NCBI GenBank assembly: GCA_963797555.1
Contig: CAWCPV010000007.1
Location: 352,001 to 416,000 of the forward strand
DNA length: 64,000 nt
Direction: 5' to 3'
Source of the DNA: an uncultured Gammaproteobacteria bacterium
GTDB lineage: Bacteria; Pseudomonadota; Gammaproteobacteria; CAWCPV01
Positions 20,940 to 31,693 of this stretch are shown piece by piece. The position numbers were made by a program, and so were the translations under genes. The notes beneath the pieces are model-generated. The model was not told the DNA's origin, made no database searches, and saw only the letters and a program-made list of their open reading frames with translations. The first letter of the stretch is position 1, and each line of letters begins with the position of its first letter.

Positions 20940-21464
20940 GCCTCATCGTTATACACACTTCGTCCCGCCATTCGGAGCGTGGCACTGGAACCGCTGCCCC
21001 TCCCGACGGGAGGGGGTGGGGGAGGGCGATCTAAAGGGCTACAGTAGGTGATCCCGTATGGTTTCCAACACCGCTTCAGTTTCACGCAGCACTTCGTGAT
21101 TCCAAAAGCGAAGAACCTGGTACCCGTGCGTGGCCAGCCACGCGCTGCGTGCCGCATCCGCCTCGCGCTGCACGGCGTGTTGGCCACCATCGACCTCGAT
21201 CACCAAGCCTTTTTCCAGGCAGACAAAGTCAACGACGTAACGGCCGATGGGGCACTGACGTCGGAACTTGTAGCCTTCCATCTGCTTGCGCCTCAACCGT
21301 TCCCAGAGCAAACGCTCGGCGTCGGTCATGTTCTTTCGCAGGTACTTGGCAACCGTGCTGCGCGCCATTGTCTTGATCGCCCTCCCCTGTCCCCCTCCCG
21401 CAGGGAGGGGGAACGAATTTCCACACCCTCGAGATATGGAGTCACTTGCGTATAACGATAAGGC
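20940..21464. mobile_element. Small non-autonomous cassette carrying DUF559, with nested inverted repeats
   Basis: Outer IR GCCTCATCGTTATACACA (20940-20957) / TGCGTATAACGATAAGGC (21447-21464), 16 of 18 matching; inner REP-like IR 20997-21031 / 21375-21411. Confidence 0.7.
21039..21368 (-). CDS. DUF559 (Vsr-like) endonuclease domain protein
   Basis: LRKNMTDAERLLW, KFRRQCPIGRYVVDF, IEVDGGQH, VLRFWN. Confidence 0.92.
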   Translation of the reverse strand: MARSTVAKYLRKNMTDAERLLWERLRRKQMEGYKFRRQCPIGRYVVDFVCLEKGLVIEVDGGQHAVQREADAARSAWLATHGYQVLRFWNHEVLRETEAVLETIRDHLL

Positions 21465-21860
21465 CATAGAGCAGGACCATATTTATTACGCGAAGCCTAA
21501 AGCCGCGCTCGAGGGGCGAGACCTTTTGCGAGCGTCACCTTCCAGCCGCTTCCGAAGCCGCCGGTGCACTGCTGTGCTGCGCCGCCCTTCACACTTCACA
21601 CCACCCCGAACCGCTGGCCCAGGAGTGTGACGTTCCAGCCGGGGAGAGGCGCCGAGGAGCCGGTTGTCAAGAGCGTGGCGCTTGGTCGAGACGGCAATCG
21701 CCTAGAGCGGTGCAAGGGTCCCGTCCACGTAATTGACCTCCTCTAGCTTGAGGAGCGGCGCGTTGCGGCAGCGGCTGAGCGCGTTGAACCCGCCGACCAC
21801 CTCCTGGACCTGGTCCCGAAATGCCTCCCGTGCCATGGCCTGGGGCCGCGCGAACAGCCC

Positions 21861-22685
21861 TTACAGCCTGTACAACTCCTTGTTGAAGGTCCTGGCGCTG
21901 TGATGAATCAGGTAGGCCAGACTAATGTTATCCTCGAGGAACCAACGAATATCGTATCTGATTCTTTTCCTGTTTCCCATGAGGAAATTATTGTTCCCCG
22001 TAGCGATGTGCGATCCGTTATGTGCCAGCTCGATCTCGTCGTCGCAAGGAACGCCGAATTTCTCGAGGATAGATCTGAGGAAATGCTCGGGGTCGACGCA
22101 GAACTTTTCGTAAAGCACCAGATCGAAGGGGATCTCGCGGCCGTTCAGGTAGTTCAGGAATTTCTTGTTTTCGCTTACCCACCAGTTAAAGGTGCGCAGG
22201 TGAGACAGGAGCGAGCTCGTAGCTCCCTGTTTCTTCGCAATGGAAGTGGCGAAGCTGCGCACGTCTTTGACGGACAGAATGACCGATATATCGTCTTTTC
22301 CCAATCCTATTTCATCATGATGATCGAGTATCGTCCGCAGGAAGGAATAACTCTTCGACGAGTCCACCACGATGGGCTCAGCCATGGAGTGGGACCGGAT
22401 GTAGTGGACAAGACGATGGTACTTCTCCAAGATCGGTCTATTCGAGTTCAATCCGTTGAGGTCGATAAGCCCGCCCCAGAAGGGGCATCGTTCCCAGGTT
22501 TCCCCGCAGGAGCAGAGCCTGGCATCGGCGTATTCGCCCCATCGGGCCATATACTGCGTCATATGGTGTCTGGAGAAGAACGGAGCGACTTCGCCAAGGC
22601 CGATGACGTCACGATGTTGGCTCAGCACGTGATTGATGAGTGTGGTGCCGCTGTGCTCCAGTCCGGCAATGAAGATGTATTTCAT
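21861..22685 (-). CDS. Sulfotransferase family protein (lower GC)
   Basis: IAGLEHSGTTL (5'-PSB-like), GEV, CSCG, VDSSK, KDVR, YEKFC. Confidence 0.8.
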   Translation of the reverse strand: MKYIFIAGLEHSGTTLINHVLSQHRDVIGLGEVAPFFSRHHMTQYMARWGEYADARLCSCGETWERCPFWGGLIDLNGLNSNRPILEKYHRLVHYIRSHSMAEPIVVDSSKSYSFLRTILDHHDEIGLGKDDISVILSVKDVRSFATSIAKKQGATSSLLSHLRTFNWWVSENKKFLNYLNGREIPFDLVLYEKFCVDPEHFLRSILEKFGVPCDDEIELAHNGSHIATGNNNFLMGNRKRIRYDIRWFLEDNISLAYLIHHSARTFNKELYRL

Positions 22686-22964
22686 GCGCTGCTTGCAGAC
22701 TGGTGGATCGTTCGCGAACCGCGTCGGTGATTCCGACTATAGCACACCCGGTCGAACGGGAGCTGCATGGAAATCTCTTCTGGCCAAGGGTGTGGATAGC
22801 AGATCAGCCGGGTCGCGCGCCGCAAGCTGGCGGTGATGCCATTACACCTTCTCCTCGCCCGAGGGACGGTGCATGCGGTGAGTCGGCCAACTCGGGGGCT
22901 TGGCGGTGTGGCGGTCGGCGCGACTCCCAGCGCATCGGAGGTTCCGGCTCGCGGGAAGCCGGGA

Positions 22965-23873
22965 TCACGGGCGGGACCCCCGGTTGACGTGCACCGCGCT
23001 CCGCCGCCGGTCGTATTTCTTCACGGCCACCATGGACTGATAGAGCGCCTTCATCCGACAGAACACGAATCCGTCCTTCCCGTCCAGGAAGCCGCGCCTC
23101 CACAGGTAGCTGTAAACAAAATAACCGAAGCCGCGCGCCGGCATCCGCCAGGAGATGCGTTTGATTGCCGCCCTGCGTACCAGCGGATCGGATGACCAGA
23201 GGTCGGCGAAGCTCCATGCCTTGCGCTCCTCGGCTAGCTCGTAGTCCGCCTCCTGGCTGGAGTAGCGGTTCTGCCGCTCGAACCACTCCTGGAGCCCTTT
23301 TTGGTTCTCATCGATGATGTCGTTTTGGAGGTTCCTGACGGCACCTTGGACTTCCTGCGTTTCCGCGTGCCCGCGGTTCACGTACCGTACACGGTCCCGG
23401 TGTACGAAACGCACTACCCAGGTAGGGTACAGGCTGCTGTACCGCAGCCAGCGGCCCCACATGTAGAACCGGCGTCTGACACGCGCGGCCCCGAGATCGG
23501 GCGGATCCCCATGGGCGATGCCGCCCAATTCGTGGGCGAGGGCGGAGGGGACACGCTCGTCGGCGTCGAGGATGAGGATCCACGGATACTTGGTCGGGAC
23601 GTTGTCGAGCGCCCAGTTTCGTTGGCTGCCGAAGCCCTCGAAGGGGTGCTGGTAGACGCGCGCTCCGTGCGACTCGGCAATTTGCCGCGTTTCATCCGTG
23701 CTGAACGAGTCTACGATGATCACATCGTCCGTCCAGCCCAAACTCGCCAGACATCGAGGCAGATGGACGTCCTCGTTCAATGTGAAGACCATCACCGACA
23801 CGGGGGCTTGCTGCGGATAATCTTCCGCCCCCGACAATGTCAGGTCCTGTGACCGGCTTCGAGACCGCGCCAT
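22965..23873 (-). CDS. Glycosyltransferase family 2
   Basis: TLNE, VDSFSTD, QRNWAL, LDADE, GFLDGKDG. Confidence 0.92.
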   Translation of the reverse strand: MARSRSRSQDLTLSGAEDYPQQAPVSVMVFTLNEDVHLPRCLASLGWTDDVIIVDSFSTDETRQIAESHGARVYQHPFEGFGSQRNWALDNVPTKYPWILILDADERVPSALAHELGGIAHGDPPDLGAARVRRRFYMWGRWLRYSSLYPTWVVRFVHRDRVRYVNRGHAETQEVQGAVRNLQNDIIDENQKGLQEWFERQNRYSSQEADYELAEERKAWSFADLWSSDPLVRRAAIKRISWRMPARGFGYFVYSYLWRRGFLDGKDGFVFCRMKALYQSMVAVKKYDRRRSAVHVNRGSRP

Positions 23874-24102
23874 GAACTTGCTTCATCCGCGACGCCACGG
23901 ATGCCCAAGCAGAGGGATCTGCCGCGGACTGCCGCGCCGCAGCGAGCCACTGTCCGCCGCGGCTCACCATCGAGCAGCACAGCGTGCAGAGTTGCGCCCG
24001 AGGCGGCGGGCTTGCGGTAGGCGGCTATGCCCGAGGCAGTAGCCGCGCCGCTCCCGGTGAGCCCCGCCCCTGGCCGACAATCGAGGTGCAGCAGTGCGCA
24101 GC

Positions 24103-25286
24103 TCAGGCGCCGCTCCGACAGGTGAGTGCAGCGACGGCCTCCTTCGTCCCCGCGACCGCGCGTTCCACGGAGTAGTGGGTCACGACGCGCTCCCTGGCTC
24201 TGGCTCCCATTTCGCTGAGTTGACGGCTTTGGGCTGCAAGTTGCGTCAGGCGAACAGCCAGGGTGCCGACATCGCCGAAGGGGAACACCGCCCCGGTGAC
24301 CCCGTCCTCGACCAGGTCGGGACCGCAGCCGACGCGGTCACTGACCAGGGCGGGCAGACCACAGGCCATCGCCTCGTTCACGACCAGACCCCAGGTCTCG
24401 CCATAGTCGGAAGGCAACACCAGGCAGTCGGCGGCGACGTACGCCCTGACGATCTGTCGCTGGTTGAGAAACCCTGCGAAGGTGACGGGCAGCGCCCGAT
24501 CGAGCGACACTGCCCGCGCCCGCCCCAGGAGCTCGCCCGTGCCGACGACGAGAAGATGCATCCCGCAGCCGGACGCGCGGGCCAGATCCAGCGAGCGCAG
24601 CAGGTCGAGTATGCGTTTCTTGGGGACGAGCTTTCCGGCGTAAAGGAAACATACGGCGTCCTGTGGGATCCCCACTCGGCGCGCAGCATCCGCCGCGAGG
24701 AGGCGAGATCGGCAGCCTGTTGCTGGAAACGCTCATTGTCGACGAAGTGCGGGCAATCGAAGATACGGCACTCCGGAACCCCATACCCGGCGTAAAGCTC
24801 GCGATTGGACCGCCCGACGGCGAGATAAGCATCGAAATGGGACAGCAGGACGCGGTGGAGCAAACGCACCGCCCGTCGGCGCGGCTGCATGGCATTCGAG
24901 TCGCCGCGCACGATGCGAGGGATGCGCAGGCGCATGGACGCCCATAGCCCTTCGAGAAGGCACAATGCCTGCCATCCCGTGATGAGTGCGACATCCGGCT
25001 TCCAGCGAGCCAGTGCCCTGGCGACGGTGGGTGTGCGACATCCGAGAAAGCGGTCGAGGCTCGGATGTCTGGCCGCGTTGTCCAGTAGCTCCCAGCGGTA
25101 ACCTCCGAGCAAGTCCACATCCCATGCGAAGGACATCCCGAAACCTGCACCCTGCTGAGCGGGGGTCGGCATCAGTGCGTAGTACACGATCACCTCCAGC
25201 TCCGGCTGCAGCGCCAGTTGCTGAAACCACGGTACGGCATACTGGATCGGGTGCGTGGTGATGATCGCGAGCCGAGTGGGGGTCAC
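24103..25286 (-). CDS. Glycosyltransferase family 4, frameshift near 24670
   Basis: THPIQY and WDVDLLGGY in ORF 24378-25397; GKLVPKK and ETWGLVVNEAMACG in ORF 24103-24675. Confidence 0.88.
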
Positions 25287-25601
25287 GGCCGCTGCAAGCC
25301 AGATAGTATCGGTGTACGCCGCATGGCGGAGCGCGGACCCGTCGGTGGTTCTTGGGAAGGGCGTCCACGGACCGCAGGTCGACCCGAGCGCGATCAAGAC
25401 CTATAAAGGTGGCCCAGGAGCTGACGGGCTGCGATCGACATCCCGGCGTTTGTCAACCGGGGCGCTACCCCGAGGCGTTGCGGGTGGAAGTTGTCTGCCA
25501 AACGCAGACACGCGGGTGCATCCAGGATCGCGCTCATCCTGCTCGCCATCGGGGATACGCCTGACACCTGTCCCGCGCGTCACGACAGCTCGTCCGCTCC
25601 G

Positions 25602-26768
25602 CTACGAATTTCGAGTGCGGCTTTGCGGGAGGGGGGGCGGGGGCTGCGCGTCCGTCCCGATCCGCGGCGCTCGACCCGCCGGTGCAGCAGCGAACACTGC
25701 AGTCTTCCATTCTTCCCATCCGCCAGGGAACAGGAATGACTGCATGCGAGAGGAGCGCTCGACGCACCAGCCGCTGCCCACGGTGATGAGGAGAGTGGTG
25801 AGGTAGGAGAACGCTACGAGGAGAAACTTTCCAGGCAGTACGATCGCCATCCAGTCGACCCAACCCGCCCTCACCAGCGACTGCCAAACGAAGGAGTGGG
25901 CAAGGAATACGTAAAGCGAGCGTCGGCCAAGGAAGGCGAGAAGATCCCAGCGAACCGCGCGCGACAGACCGAGCAATGCGAAGAAGGCAGCGAGCAGATA
26001 CACGTCGTGAAACGCGAGGCGGGCCGGATTGGAGATGGATGGGACCCTGAGGTCTCCGGCCAACCCGACAGCGCTCGACGAGGATACGCCGATATACGCA
26101 CATAGAATGAATATTGTCATCGCGACAGGATAAAGCCAGAACCCGTTGGCATGGCGGTTCCACAGCTCTTTGATCGCCAACCCCACCGGAAACAGAAACA
26201 GGACGAGGGGCAGACTGACTGGCACGTAGGGCAGCACGCGCCGCGGAATGAACCCGACGAGCCCATGGCCGAGCAGGGTCAGGGCGAGTATGCCGCGCCG
26301 GCTGCTGGGGCCGGCCCTCCCATACAGGGAGAGCAGCGCGGCCAGAGCCAGCAGAGCGGGCAGGAACCAGAACAGCCGGAAGCCGCAGGCCGCGTGGTAC
26401 ATACCCTCGGTGGAAAGCAAGGCCGCCATGAGTACGGAGACCAGCCAGCGGGCGATGTCGAACAAGTCTTTGGGCACGAACCACGCCAGATAGAGAGCGC
26501 ACGCCAGCAGGAAAAACAGAGTATGGGGAACCAGATAGCGGGCCAAACGGTCTTTGCCGATCGTCATGAAGCCGGAATGCGCGCAAAAAATGAAAGGCAG
26601 CAACAGAAAACAGGCGACGTGAAAGTTGTAAAAGGCGTCGAAGGCAGTGGGGTAGCTAGCGGAGAACGTGGTGTTGTGCCCCAGCACAATCATGGCGATG
26701 AGGATTCCCTTCAGCCGATCGATTTCGGGCAGCCGGCGGCTAGGGTTGCAGGGCGTAGGGCGAGCCAT
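25602..26768 (-). CDS. Acyltransferase family 3 (O-acetylase-like membrane protein)
   Basis: IDRLKGILI..GH, FHV, FWFLPAL, LGRRSLYVFLAH; multi-TM. Confidence 0.85.
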   Translation of the reverse strand: MARPTPCNPSRRLPEIDRLKGILIAMIVLGHNTTFSASYPTAFDAFYNFHVACFLLLPFIFCAHSGFMTIGKDRLARYLVPHTLFFLLACALYLAWFVPKDLFDIARWLVSVLMAALLSTEGMYHAACGFRLFWFLPALLALAALLSLYGRAGPSSRRGILALTLLGHGLVGFIPRRVLPYVPVSLPLVLFLFPVGLAIKELWNRHANGFWLYPVAMTIFILCAYIGVSSSSAVGLAGDLRVPSISNPARLAFHDVYLLAAFFALLGLSRAVRWDLLAFLGRRSLYVFLAHSFVWQSLVRAGWVDWMAIVLPGKFLLVAFSYLTTLLITVGSGWCVERSSRMQSFLFPGGWEEWKTAVFAAAPAGRAPRIGTDAQPPPPLPQSRTRNS

Positions 26769-28149
26769 GGGCCAGCCTTGTCTCCTCGATGGCCCATTCC
26801 CCGGCCATTCGCTCTGTCGCAAAGAGAAAGCCCAGGACGAGCCCCAGGAACAGAAAAATGAATACGTCGCCATAGAGCTGCGCCGCCACGGCGAAGGTGG
26901 CGGCGTTGGCGACGAGAAATGCGGACAGGCCCGCCATGAGGACGTTCAGGGAGCGGTAGCGGCGGCTGACACGGCGGAACACGTGGTGAAAATGACGTGC
27001 GAGCATCAGGCCCAGCCAGGGAATGACGAGCAGCCCGGGCACGCCCAGCTCGACCACGATCTTGCCTATCCCGGCCTCCGCAGAGCCGCTGACGAGCGCG
27101 CTGCCGCCCCCGAAGTATTGAGATCCCTGCGCGGAAACTCCGGCGCCGGCGCCCAGGAAGCCGAACTTGTGGATGGCCGACTGGAGGATTCCCAAGGCCG
27201 TCATCGCGCGCGCGGAGATCTCGCCGAACACCGTGGCACTGCGCTCCCAGTATGCCGACTGGAATGCCTCCGGCATGTAGAAGACGAGCACGGCCGTTGC
27301 GGCGATTCCGAGGGTGAGCGCCACGACCGCCACCTTCATCGCTCCATGCCAATAGTAGGCCAAGAGGAACCAGTAGACACCGAAGAACATGGTCAACAGC
27401 ACCAGCGCCTTGCGCCGGCCGGTCAGGACGATGGCTCCGACGAGGAGGATGATCGCGACCCCCGCGAGCGCCCGGAACAGCGCCGAGGGGCGCAGAGTCG
27501 CCACCACCGTCAGCAGCACGCACGCGGTTGCGGCGTGCCACGCGGCGATCTCCCCCACGCGAAACACGCCGGGATTGGACGGGAGCACGACGCCGGCCTC
27601 GTACATGTACATTTGCCGCCCCACGAATGTCCCGACGTCTTTCAAGATGTCCCAACCGCTCCCGAGCCAGTGGGAGAGATACACCGTCAGGGAGAAGGGC
27701 ACCGCCAGAGCGACATAGAAGATCAGGAATCTCGTCATGTCGCGCTCGTTCCTGGGGAAGCGCTGTCCCAACAAGGCGGCGGCGATGGGCGCGAAGTACG
27801 CGGCGAGGCCGAGACCGAAGAGCGCCAAGTTTCCGTAGCCCACGAGCGTATGCACGCACTGCAGTGCTGCGAGGAGCATGAAGGTCTGCCACGCAGTCCG
27901 CAGCGCCCCGTCGCGAGCCGAAATGCTGGACAAGCGCAATGGGATGCCCCGGACCAACAAGGAAATGTAGGTGACGAAGAAGAACAATGCGGCGAACAGG
28001 ACGAAATAAGGCGGCTGGTTCGGAAACAGCTTGCGGATAGGGTCCTGCAGGAACCCTGCTACCACGAACACGAAGACTCCCCAGCGCCAGCGCTGGAGGG
28101 CCAGTCCGACCCCGAGGAAGACCAAGAAGAGCGTGAGGGTCTGGATCAT
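26740..28149 (-). CDS. Polytopic membrane protein, probable Wzy-type polymerase
   Basis: ~11 TM; QDPIRK, TGRRK, GAGAG, EAGIGKIVVELGVPG resembling Wzy_C. Confidence 0.65.
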   Translation of the reverse strand: MIQTLTLFLVFLGVGLALQRWRWGVFVFVVAGFLQDPIRKLFPNQPPYFVLFAALFFFVTYISLLVRGIPLRLSSISARDGALRTAWQTFMLLAALQCVHTLVGYGNLALFGLGLAAYFAPIAAALLGQRFPRNERDMTRFLIFYVALAVPFSLTVYLSHWLGSGWDILKDVGTFVGRQMYMYEAGVVLPSNPGVFRVGEIAAWHAATACVLLTVVATLRPSALFRALAGVAIILLVGAIVLTGRRKALVLLTMFFGVYWFLLAYYWHGAMKVAVVALTLGIAATAVLVFYMPEAFQSAYWERSATVFGEISARAMTALGILQSAIHKFGFLGAGAGVSAQGSQYFGGGSALVSGSAEAGIGKIVVELGVPGLLVIPWLGLMLARHFHHVFRRVSRRYRSLNVLMAGLSAFLVANAATFAVAAQLYGDVFIFLFLGLVLGFLFATERMAGEWAIEETRLAHGSPYALQP

Positions 28150-28261
28150 CGTCAGCGGACCAAGCGTAGGATGCCCAGGGTCGTGGCCGATGCGCTGCGC
28201 GAGTGCCGAGGAGGCGGGCTCCCCTCTCGGGCGCGGGGAGAACGACCAGGACGGTCGACGG

Positions 28262-29226
28262 TCACCGGAGCCGGCTCATCGAGCCGACAAGTCCGTCGGT
28301 CCTCGAACTCCCCAATGCGGGGTGGTGCCCCGCGATCTGGCTTGCATCGGTGCTGTCCGGAAGGGCAACCACGTCCACATGTCCGCCCGTCTTGATCTCG
28401 ATCAGCTCCAGGTCGATGGGTCGCCCCCTTAATGAATAGAAGCGGTAGGGCGCAAGCTCGGAGAACAACCGGGTGAAATCCGACGGAGACACTCCTAGAA
28501 AGAGCCGTCATCCTGGATATCTCGAAGACGATGACCGGCTCATAGTTCGCGATAGTTTCAGCGGCGCCTTTAATAACCTTATATTCATATCCTTCAACGT
28601 CGATCTTTATTGCCGTCGGCGGCCTAAACTCAGAGGAGCTTGCCAGCGTATCGATCCTTTTCTGGGGAACCTGGGTGGATTTCGTGCTTCCGCTGGCTCC
28701 GGGGACGGCAGTGGCATGGACTGAATGAGGCATATGGTGAAATGTCACGTAGCTATCCCGCGAACCAATGGCATAGCCGCCGATCGTCAGGTTGGACAGA
28801 TTATTCAGCGTTTTGGCCAAGGAAATGTTTAGCAGCTAGAGCTGTCTGTGGCTCGAACGCGTAGATACTGATATCGTCGTGTCTCCTTAGATGGGCGATC
28901 TCCACCGAGATGTACCCGAGATTCGCGCCAATGTCGTACAATACGCCCCCCGGCGCAAGAAAGTTGTTGAGCACGCGTAGCACCCAATAATCCCAACTAT
29001 TGCCTTGTGACATCATGGAGACATACACGTCCAATGCCTCGGGAGCGATCGGTAATAGAGCTCCATGTCGGGTTAGGAGAACATGATGGATCCAGCGACG
29101 GGCGAGTCGACCTATCAGTCTGGCTGACGCGCCTTTCCCACGCGGAAGGACAGAAGCCATCACGCGTGCAACTTGCAATGGCAAGCACCGACTGCTTGCC
29201 TCCAGGTTCGAGTCGGCCGTGTTCAT
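28262..29226 (-). CDS. FkbM family methyltransferase, two frameshifts (~28820, ~28495; lower GC)
   Basis: YDIGANLG, AFEP in 28801-29286; IKIDVEGYE in 28152-28820; C-terminus in 28262-28492. Confidence 0.8.
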
Positions 29227-29364
29227 GGAGTCGGGGTCTCGTGCCCAGGTTGTTGTTCGACTGCACGGGTTGGTCGGCAGTTGCATAGGGCGAGCTGCAC
29301 GCGTGCCTGGAGGAACGGACGGCGTCCCCTCTTCATCCGGCGACTGCAGTCAGAACCCCGGCGC

Positions 29365-30529
29365 TCATGGCTCGCATACGCCGACTCCACGCTGAAGGGT
29401 CCGGTACAGCTCGACGAGACCGCGGGCCTGAGCCTCGTTCGTGAAGCGGCTCCGCACCAGACCTTGCGCGCGCAACGAGGACTCCCGCCGGCTGGCCGGG
29501 TCGCGGTAGGCGACGATGGCTTGCGCCAAAGCCAGCGGGTCGTCCACGGGGACTGTGCGCCCGGCATTGGCCTGCAGGATTTCCCTGGCCAGCGCCACTT
29601 GGTCGCTGACCACGACCGGCATGCCGTAGCTCATTGCCTCCAGGGCGGCGACTCCGAAATTCTCCTGGTAGGAGGGGAGAACGAACAGGTCCGCGGCACG
29701 AAAGGCCGCCGCCTTCTCCGTCCCATCCACGAAGCCGATGAACTGGACCTGGTCCTCGATGCCCAGCTCCCGAACGTTCTTCAGGAGCCGTTCCCGGTAA
29801 GCGGGGTCTCCGTCTCCTGCCACGACTAGGCTCACCTCGGCGCCGCCGCGGCGCACCGCAGCGATCGCCTGGAACAGCACCGGGACGCCCTTCTTGGGGT
29901 GGAGCCGACCGAGGTAGAGAACCTTGAGACCGGCATCGGCCGGGGGTGCTTCGCTGCGTGGCGCCGGGTCGGGCAGGTCCACGGCGAGCGGGATGACCCA
30001 GGTCTTCTCGCCGAAGCCAAGTCGGGCGATGTTCGCGGCTTCGGCCTGCGAGGTGGCATGGACGGCGGCGGCGCCGGCAAGGTTCCTTCGCTCCAGGAGC
30101 GCGTAATAGGGGCTCTTTTTCCATCTCGCGTTGGCCAGACACCACGGGTCGAGCATCCCGGCCGGGCGCAGCACATAGGGCACACCGCTGCGGCGGCAGG
30201 CATGACAGGCCGGCAGCGTGGGATAGGAGAACAGCGCGTGCACGTGCACGACATCGTACTTCCCGAGGTGCCGGTACAGCCAGCGCGTCAGCGGCCAGGA
30301 GAACGTCCAGGACCTGGGCGGCTGGCGAGGAAAGAAGCGGTAGCGGGCCCCGTCCTGTTCGACGAAGCCATCCAGTGGAACGTCGAGTTCCCCATCCCGG
30401 TCCGCCGGCGTGGTGACGACGTCCACGGACAGGCCCTCCCGCACCACCCCCCGCACCATCCGGATGAGCGCATGGGAGGGGCCGCCGTGCGCCGGACTGA
30501 CGGAGGGGATGACATGGAGGCACCCTCAT
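29365..30529 (-). CDS. Glycosyltransferase family 4, one extra base near 30520
   Basis: Removing one C gives MRVLHVIPSVSPAHGGPS; GRLHPKKG, ENFGVAALEAM. Confidence 0.9.
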
Positions 30530-30760
30530 GCGAATCCGGTCGGCCTTCCTGCGTCCGGCTCGCACGCGGCCTGGAGGCAGCATGGCCCACCATGCGCAGC
30601 GAGCAAGCATCCGATGCCGCAGCGGACACGGCCTGCGGCGGAACGCTCTGTCGGCTTGCGCCGCTCCGGACTGTCCAGTATCGGCCCGGCGATCCCGGCG
30701 CTCATCAGAGCCCCGCCGAAGCCGCCTTCTGTGACCCGCACGCGCACGCCTGGATAGCCG

Positions 30761-31693
30761 CTACGCCGCATGGAGCAGCAGTCTCATCCAGGACCTCCAG
30801 TGGAGCGGCCAGTGGGTGACGGCTTCTCGGTAATAGCGCCGCGCCGCCGCCGGGTCGCGCCGACCGATGCACGCGCCGATGAAGTAGAACGCTTCGGCCC
30901 TCTCCCGCGGGAGACGGCCGCCCCGGCGTGGGTGAATCCGGCTGGCACGCCGCAGGCAAGGCGCCTCGCTTTTCCCGGCTTGGCGGAGTCTCCTGCACCG
31001 CAGGATGGTCCGGGCCAGGGCTACCTGCTGGCGGCGGTGGAGCCCGGTGATGGAGGCGGGGGAGAACCGGGCTTCGTAGAGGACGTCCCTCATGGCGATG
31101 TGCCGCCCCACCTCCCCCAGACGCGTCCACAGGTCCAGGTCCTGGGCGAAGTAGAACTCCGGGCGGTAGCCGCCCACTCGCTCGTAGAGAGCGCGGCGGA
31201 ACAGGGTGCTGCCGTGATGGGCGGGGCCGCGCAGACCCGCGACGCTATCGGCCAGCAGCGGGGCCGTCGCCTCTTCGGAGGGCGCTACGGACTCGTAGAG
31301 CAACTCGCCGAACGGTCCGACGAACCGGCTGCCGCAGGAGACCAAAGCGACCCCCGGATCGGCGGCCAAACGGGCGTGCTCGCCGCGCAGCCTCCCCGGA
31401 AGGGACCGATCCCCCGCGTCCTGCCTGGCGATCACAGTTCCGCGGGCGGCAGCGCAACCGCGGATGAGCGCCGCGGTGAGCCCGCTGTGTTGCTGCTCCA
31501 CTACTCTCAGCTTGGGGCTGACCGCGGCGTAGCGCCGCAGGACTGCTCGGGAGCCGTCGGTGGACCCGTCATCGACGGCGATGATCTCCAAGTCCACTCC
31601 CTCCTGGGAGAGCACGCTGTCGAGTGTGGCCGCGAGTCCGTCCCCGCCGTTGTACACCCCCATGACTACCGAAACTTCGGGCCGCTCACCCAT
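30761..31693 (-). CDS. Glycosyltransferase family 2
   Basis: VSVVMGVYNG, VDDGSTD, ARQDAGD, AQDLDLW. Confidence 0.92.
   Translation of the reverse strand: MGERPEVSVVMGVYNGGDGLAATLDSVLSQEGVDLEIIAVDDGSTDGSRAVLRRYAAVSPKLRVVEQQHSGLTAALIRGCAAARGTVIARQDAGDRSLPGRLRGEHARLAADPGVALVSCGSRFVGPFGELLYESVAPSEEATAPLLADSVAGLRGPAHHGSTLFRRALYERVGGYRPEFYFAQDLDLWTRLGEVGRHIAMRDVLYEARFSPASITGLHRRQQVALARTILRCRRLRQAGKSEAPCLRRASRIHPRRGGRLPRERAEAFYFIGACIGRRDPAAARRYYREAVTHWPLHWRSWMRLLLHAA

Noticed and set aside
21369-21467. N-terminal extension of the DUF559 ORF, and ORFs 20207-21190, 52588-52779 and 52786-53229 with PSP/GGEG-type peptides
   Set aside because: Translations of the repeat elements or alternative frames, not protein domains.
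21701-21835. Short minus-strand ORF MAREAFRDQVQEVVGG..
   Set aside because: May be a gene fragment, but I cannot assign it or match it to a neighbour.
29250-29280. attC-like half-site upstream of the frameshifted FkbM gene
   Set aside because: Only one degenerate arm, no convincing partner, and no integron integrase in the window.
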